Position numbers and translations under genes: made by a program
From: Nanobdellota archaeon
GTDB lineage: Archaea; Nanobdellota; Nanobdellia; Pacearchaeales; GW2011-AR1
Assembly (NCBI GenBank): GCA_038045945.1
Contig: JBBSXC010000004.1
Span: 96,001-160,000 of the forward strand
Length of the DNA: 64,000 nucleotides
Direction of reading: 5' to 3'
In this document: positions 60,106 through 64,000 of the stretch, piece by piece
Numbering within the stretch: position 1 is the first letter of the stretch
How the letters are laid out: each line of letters opens with the position of its first letter
Notes under the pieces: model-generated
What the model saw: only the letters and a program-made list of their open reading frames with translations
Databases searched by the model: none
Told to the model about the DNA's origin: nothing

Positions 60106-62213
60106 AAAGAGTAACCCCCATACTTATCCAGAAGCTTTCTATGAAGACAGTATATAGATAATAACTGTATAACCCCGGCAATTCCACCAGAAACATTTTT
60201 TAATGAAAGACCATACTCATCATGATCAATGTTTAAAGCCCTTAGAACCCTTACCAATTCATCACGATTTGGAAAATCGTTAAAGGTCATCCTTTGGAAT
60301 TTATTGTTAGGATAATCAAGACTGAGATTGACCTTTGAGTTCTTATTAAAAGAGCTTATCAGCGGTTCAATGTCTATATCAGACCTAATCCATATCTGAA
60401 GCCCATAATCAACCTTACGGTCCTCTTCAATATCAATCCTTATATCACTCTCGGGAATTAAAGAAAATATCAAGTCAGCGTTATCCCTCTGAGGAGAAAT
60501 ATACTTTTCAGAATCAACCTTCCTCTTGTTTATCGCTGACAAAACTTTTTCTTTAGAATAACCCCTTTCCTTAACATCACGATTTATTTTCCAATAAAGC
60601 TTCAACTCAGGAGAAGGGTCCATGTAAACTTTAAGGTCATATAATCCCCTGGTATCAACAAGGAAGGTATGCAATCCTTCATCAATAATATAATTTTTAG
60701 GAACAACAATCTTTGGATTTGTAAACTTGCCAGTGGAATGGTCATACTTAGACCTTAGGATAGATCTACCCTTCTTCAGGTTTGATATCTGCCTATAATG
60801 ATGATGAATCTTGTTACTCTGAGGGTTGAGATGAGTAAGTTTTTCCCAGTTGACGTCCCCCCTTTCCCACCTATGAACATCATCACCATGGATAATCGTC
60901 GCTTCTGAAGGTTTAAAAATTTGAAAAATATAATCAGAAGTCGTAGTTTTACCACTTCCAGAATCACCAGAAATACCAATGACAGGTATACCCTCTTGCT
61001 GTTGGAACAGAAGACTACTCTTAACACCGTACTTGTACATCAAATATGAAATATATATAAGAGTTGACGAAAGGAAGGTAAAGGCAAGACTAAGGATTAA
61101 CACACTGTTAAGCCCTAAACTTTTAAGGATGTAGTATGGAGTCTGAATTTGGGATAATTCAGGAGAAATAAGAGAAAATACCGCCCAAACGTCTGATTGT
61201 GGAACAAGGAAGAAATACAACAAGTAAAAAGCATTAAATCCTAAGTATAGAAACTTACTGCTAGTGTTATTCTGCTTCACAAAGAAGTAAACAACAAACG
61301 GTATACACCAAATATACCACCCTAGTGAAGGCCTAACTAGAGTGACAAAAATTGTGAAGGTCACACCAGTCAGCATGAAGAGAATGTTTTTTGTTATAGT
61401 ACGAAAAGATGCAGCCTTAAAAATAACATAACCATACAAAGCTATAACTAAAAAGAAATAAACCTGTCCGGAAAATGGAATAGCAAGTTCAAAAACTCTT
61501 AATTCTGATTGACTGTTATAATTAGAGGATAACATTCCAGCAATGAATGGAGTTAAGACGGCAAAGAAAACAGTGAGAGTAACAAGCAGATAAATCCACC
61601 TTTCTCTAGTAGAATAATTTTTTTTCCATAAGAAAAGAAGGAACAGAGGAAGGATAAGCAATACCCCAAACTTTGTAGCTAAAGATAAAGCCATGAATAT
61701 TGAAGAATAGAAAAGTTTTTTAGTGAACAAAAAATAGAAAGAAAGCATTAAGAGAGCTATAGGAATTATGTCAAGCTGCCCGCTTATATAAGTGGAATAA
61801 ACTATTATCGGAGAAGCCCAGTATAACAGCATTACCTTATTATAATGCTTTGGAAGAAGGCCTAAAAGAGTGGCAAGTATCACAACGTCTGAAATTAACA
61901 AAGGAATCCTTATTAGAAACGAGTCAAGAAATGAAACAAATGCGTTATTAAGGAAAGAGAAAAATAGGAAGGGTAAACCTATAATTATAGCCATCAAAGG
62001 AGCATAAGGAAATGACTGAGTCGAAAGACTACTATAAGGGTTTGAAAAAGGATTATAAGCAAAAGCTTTTGCAATAAAAATGTTAGAATTTGCAGAATCA
62101 ACAGAGATGAATACAACAGCAAAGAGAAGCTTTATTGCAAGAACGGTCAAGAAAACCCTGTTAGAAAATAATGATTTTATAACACCGCTCAAGCCACTAT
62201 CAGAAACTACCAT
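60102..62213 (-). CDS. Fusion: GT-C-like membrane domain plus phosphoribulokinase/uridine kinase domain
   Basis: About 400-aa TM part (FPY.P, GQLD); then GDSGSGKTT, DD.H, YDH.TG, EGLH, WKI.RD..ERG. Confidence 0.85.
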   Translation of the reverse strand: MVVSDSGLSGVIKSLFSNRVFLTVLAIKLLFAVVFISVDSANSNIFIAKAFAYNPFSNPYSSLSTQSFPYAPLMAIIIGLPFLFFSFLNNAFVSFLDSFLIRIPLLISDVVILATLLGLLPKHYNKVMLLYWASPIIVYSTYISGQLDIIPIALLMLSFYFLFTKKLFYSSIFMALSLATKFGVLLILPLFLLFLWKKNYSTRERWIYLLVTLTVFFAVLTPFIAGMLSSNYNSQSELRVFELAIPFSGQVYFFLVIALYGYVIFKAASFRTITKNILFMLTGVTFTIFVTLVRPSLGWYIWCIPFVVYFFVKQNNTSSKFLYLGFNAFYLLYFFLVPQSDVWAVFSLISPELSQIQTPYYILKSLGLNSVLILSLAFTFLSSTLIYISYLMYKYGVKSSLLFQQQEGIPVIGISGDSGSGKTTTSDYIFQIFKPSEATIIHGDDVHRWERGDVNWEKLTHLNPQSNKIHHHYRQISNLKKGRSILRSKYDHSTGKFTNPKIVVPKNYIIDEGLHTFLVDTRGLYDLKVYMDPSPELKLYWKINRDVKERGYSKEKVLSAINKRKVDSEKYISPQRDNADLIFSLIPESDIRIDIEEDRKVDYGLQIWIRSDIDIEPLISSFNKNSKVNLSLDYPNNKFQRMTFNDFPNRDELVRVLRALNIDHDEYGLSLKNVSGGIAGVIQLLSIYCLHRKLLDKYGGYSL

Positions 62214-62617
62214 TTTTTGTCCTTAAAGGCGATTATTTTAGCACCAAAAAAGTTTATTATAATGATAAAAGGGGCAAGTAAAACATTAGCAGCTATTTGG
62301 TTCATTCCCCCATTCTCAACCAGGAATCTAAGGAATAAGAGGTTAATTGTCAAACTAATTAAATAAACAAGAATATAGAAGAAAAAGGAGGAAGTTTTTG
62401 TCCTATTAGAATCAAAAGTTAATGCTTCATTAAAGAAAAATCCGAATAAGACACCAATTATAAATCCGCAAGCAGCAGCTAGTAAATAATAAATGTCAAA
62501 GAATAACAATAATAAAATAAAAACAAAGTAGTTTAGTATTGTGCTCTCAACACCTACAAGTCCGAATTTGATAAACTGATAAAAAGTTCTACTTTTTAGT
62601 AACCCTGGAGTAGTCAT
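62207..62617 (-). CDS. GtrA family lipid-linked sugar flippase
   Basis: QFIKFGLVG, four TM, FFFN..TF. Confidence 0.88.
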   Translation of the reverse strand: MTTPGLLKSRTFYQFIKFGLVGVESTILNYFVFILLLLFFDIYYLLAAACGFIIGVLFGFFFNEALTFDSNRTKTSSFFFYILVYLISLTINLLFLRFLVENGGMNQIAANVLLAPFIIIINFFGAKIIAFKDKKW

Positions 62618-62689
62618 ACTTAGAGCTGTTAATTTCGGGTTATAAAGATTATTATTCTCAAAAATAGTGCGTTAAAAACTTTATTCTTA

Positions 62690-63370
62690 TTAGCATTTAG
62701 TAACCAAGAAAACTGCGCCGCCAATGCCATAATTGTCCACTTGTTCTGCCTCAACCCCGTTTTTCTTCAGAAAGTCTTTAAATGCAGCCCTAACACCGAC
62801 ATTTTTCCCGCCAAGATAATTATAATAATCATCAAGTATTAAAATAGTACCTTTCTGCACTACACCTTCTAAAAACTTGAACGTTTGTTTAGCAGAAGAA
62901 TAAAGATCGCAGTCCACTAGGGCCATAGAAACTTTTTTTATCCCGTATTTTTTAGGACCATCACTAAGAGTTTTATTAAAAAAACCTGGTACGAGCCTCA
63001 CAGAAGGAAGGTTTTTGAATCTCTTCTTAATTATCTGAAATTCTGTTGAGAAGTCAAAAGTGGTGTAAAAAGGATGATCGTCGCCCTTTTGAGGGTTCAT
63101 CCCAGTAAATGAGTCAAAGCCGAAAAACCTCATTTTGGAATCGCCACCAGAAATTTTTTTCCAGTAGGTGGATGCTCCCTTTAGACTTGTGCCTTCATAA
63201 ACCCCGAATTCTAGATAGTCTCCTTCAACGCCCTCTATTTTCTTGTAGAAGAGAAATTTTTTTAGTACACTGTGTTTTTCGTTATTGTGAATTATCTCAG
63301 GACTAATGAACGAGCTTAACTGTATATACAAATCCTGGGCTAATAAAAAAAGTTTATGGGAGATTCTCAT
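62690..63370 (-). CDS. TylF/MycF family sugar O-methyltransferase
   Basis: GDYLEFGVYEG, FDSF.G, DCDLY, DDY. Confidence 0.88.
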   Translation of the reverse strand: MRISHKLFLLAQDLYIQLSSFISPEIIHNNEKHSVLKKFLFYKKIEGVEGDYLEFGVYEGTSLKGASTYWKKISGGDSKMRFFGFDSFTGMNPQKGDDHPFYTTFDFSTEFQIIKKRFKNLPSVRLVPGFFNKTLSDGPKKYGIKKVSMALVDCDLYSSAKQTFKFLEGVVQKGTILILDDYYNYLGGKNVGVRAAFKDFLKKNGVEAEQVDNYGIGGAVFLVTKC

Positions 63371-63419
63371 GGTTTGATTTATATTAAACGGTATAAAAAG
63401 ATTTGGATAAAGGACTCAG

Positions 63420-64000
63420 TCACTTCATTATCATTTTCTTAAATGACGTTATTTCAGCAAAAGATGAACCCCTAACAAGCAGCAACACTAAAGAATAAAC
63501 TATCAACCCGATGAGAGCTAAAATAACTGTTTCAAGTCCGCCAACTTCTGAAAATTTCGAATAAGCGTATAATAAGGCAAGAGTCATAACAGTTCCGGCA
63601 ACTAGCGGTTTAAGGATTATAGAAAAGTTTGATTTTATTCCAAGACTCTTATTGATAGACCCTATAAGCAAAAAAATATAGAAGAATGTGCTTATTAAAG
63701 TGGCTATTCCCGCACCAATAGTTGCCCACTCTTGAGAAATTTTTAGTAACTGGATGATAAAGATAAAGTTTAGAACAATATTCATAACCATAGCAGCAAT
63801 TATAGATTTAGCAAATGATTTGCTTTGACCCCTCGAGGCAAGAACAGGTATAAAGAAACTTGTCAGTATACCTGGAATAATAAGCGGTGAAAGAAATTGA
63901 AATATAAGAATAGCACCAGAATAATCATCACCGTATACCAATTTAATTATAGGACCGCCCAAAACTAACAGCCCAAGAGCGGCAGGAATAGCAATAATCA
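63420..64000 (-). CDS. Polysaccharide flippase (Wzx-like), 5'-partial
   Basis: Frame stays open to the window edge; NIVLNF, GAGIAT flippase C-terminal pattern. Confidence 0.8.
   Translation of the reverse strand, partial: IIAIPAALGLLVLGGPIIKLVYGDDYSGAILIFQFLSPLIIPGILTSFFIPVLASRGQSKSFAKSIIAAMVMNIVLNFIFIIQLLKISQEWATIGAGIATLISTFFYIFLLIGSINKSLGIKSNFSIILKPLVAGTVMTLALLYAYSKFSEVGGLETVILALIGLIVYSLVLLLVRGSSFAEITSFKKMIMK

Noticed and set aside
1-64000. tRNA, rRNA, CRISPR array, IS, integrase, reverse transcriptase
   Set aside because: None recognised by eye; intergenic gaps are short and AT-rich with no periodic repeats

Overview
AT-rich archaeal chromosome segment; gene content and leaderless TATA promoters suggest a DPANN archaeon, probably Pacearchaeota/Woesearchaeota (inference). 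Layout: (1) 1-10.3 kb, distal S10/spc ribosomal protein cluster to secY, EMC3/DUF106 and prefoldin, lacking rnp1 and adk at their usual positions; (2) 10.9-14.7 kb, prs and gap-pgk; (3) 14.7-23.3 kb, uvrABC interrupted by an ABC-F ATPase with a structured two-uORF leader and by a nucleoside deaminase; (4) 24-33 kb, sugar-phosphate metabolism (tkt, D-2-hydroxyacid dehydrogenase, pfkB, rpe, rpiB, tpi, fba); (5) 34.7-64 kb, a large aglB-anchored glycosylation region. No tRNA, rRNA, CRISPR array or transposase was seen. Best candidates for new biology: a half-size aIF5A/EF-P-like gene coupled to a GT2 and sharing a symmetric bidirectional TATA box with queC; a GT-C::phosphoribulokinase-like fusion in a GtrA/aldolase/nucleotidyltransferase operon; and an attenuator-like leader in front of an archaeal ABC-F. 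All family calls come from motif recognition by eye, not database searches.
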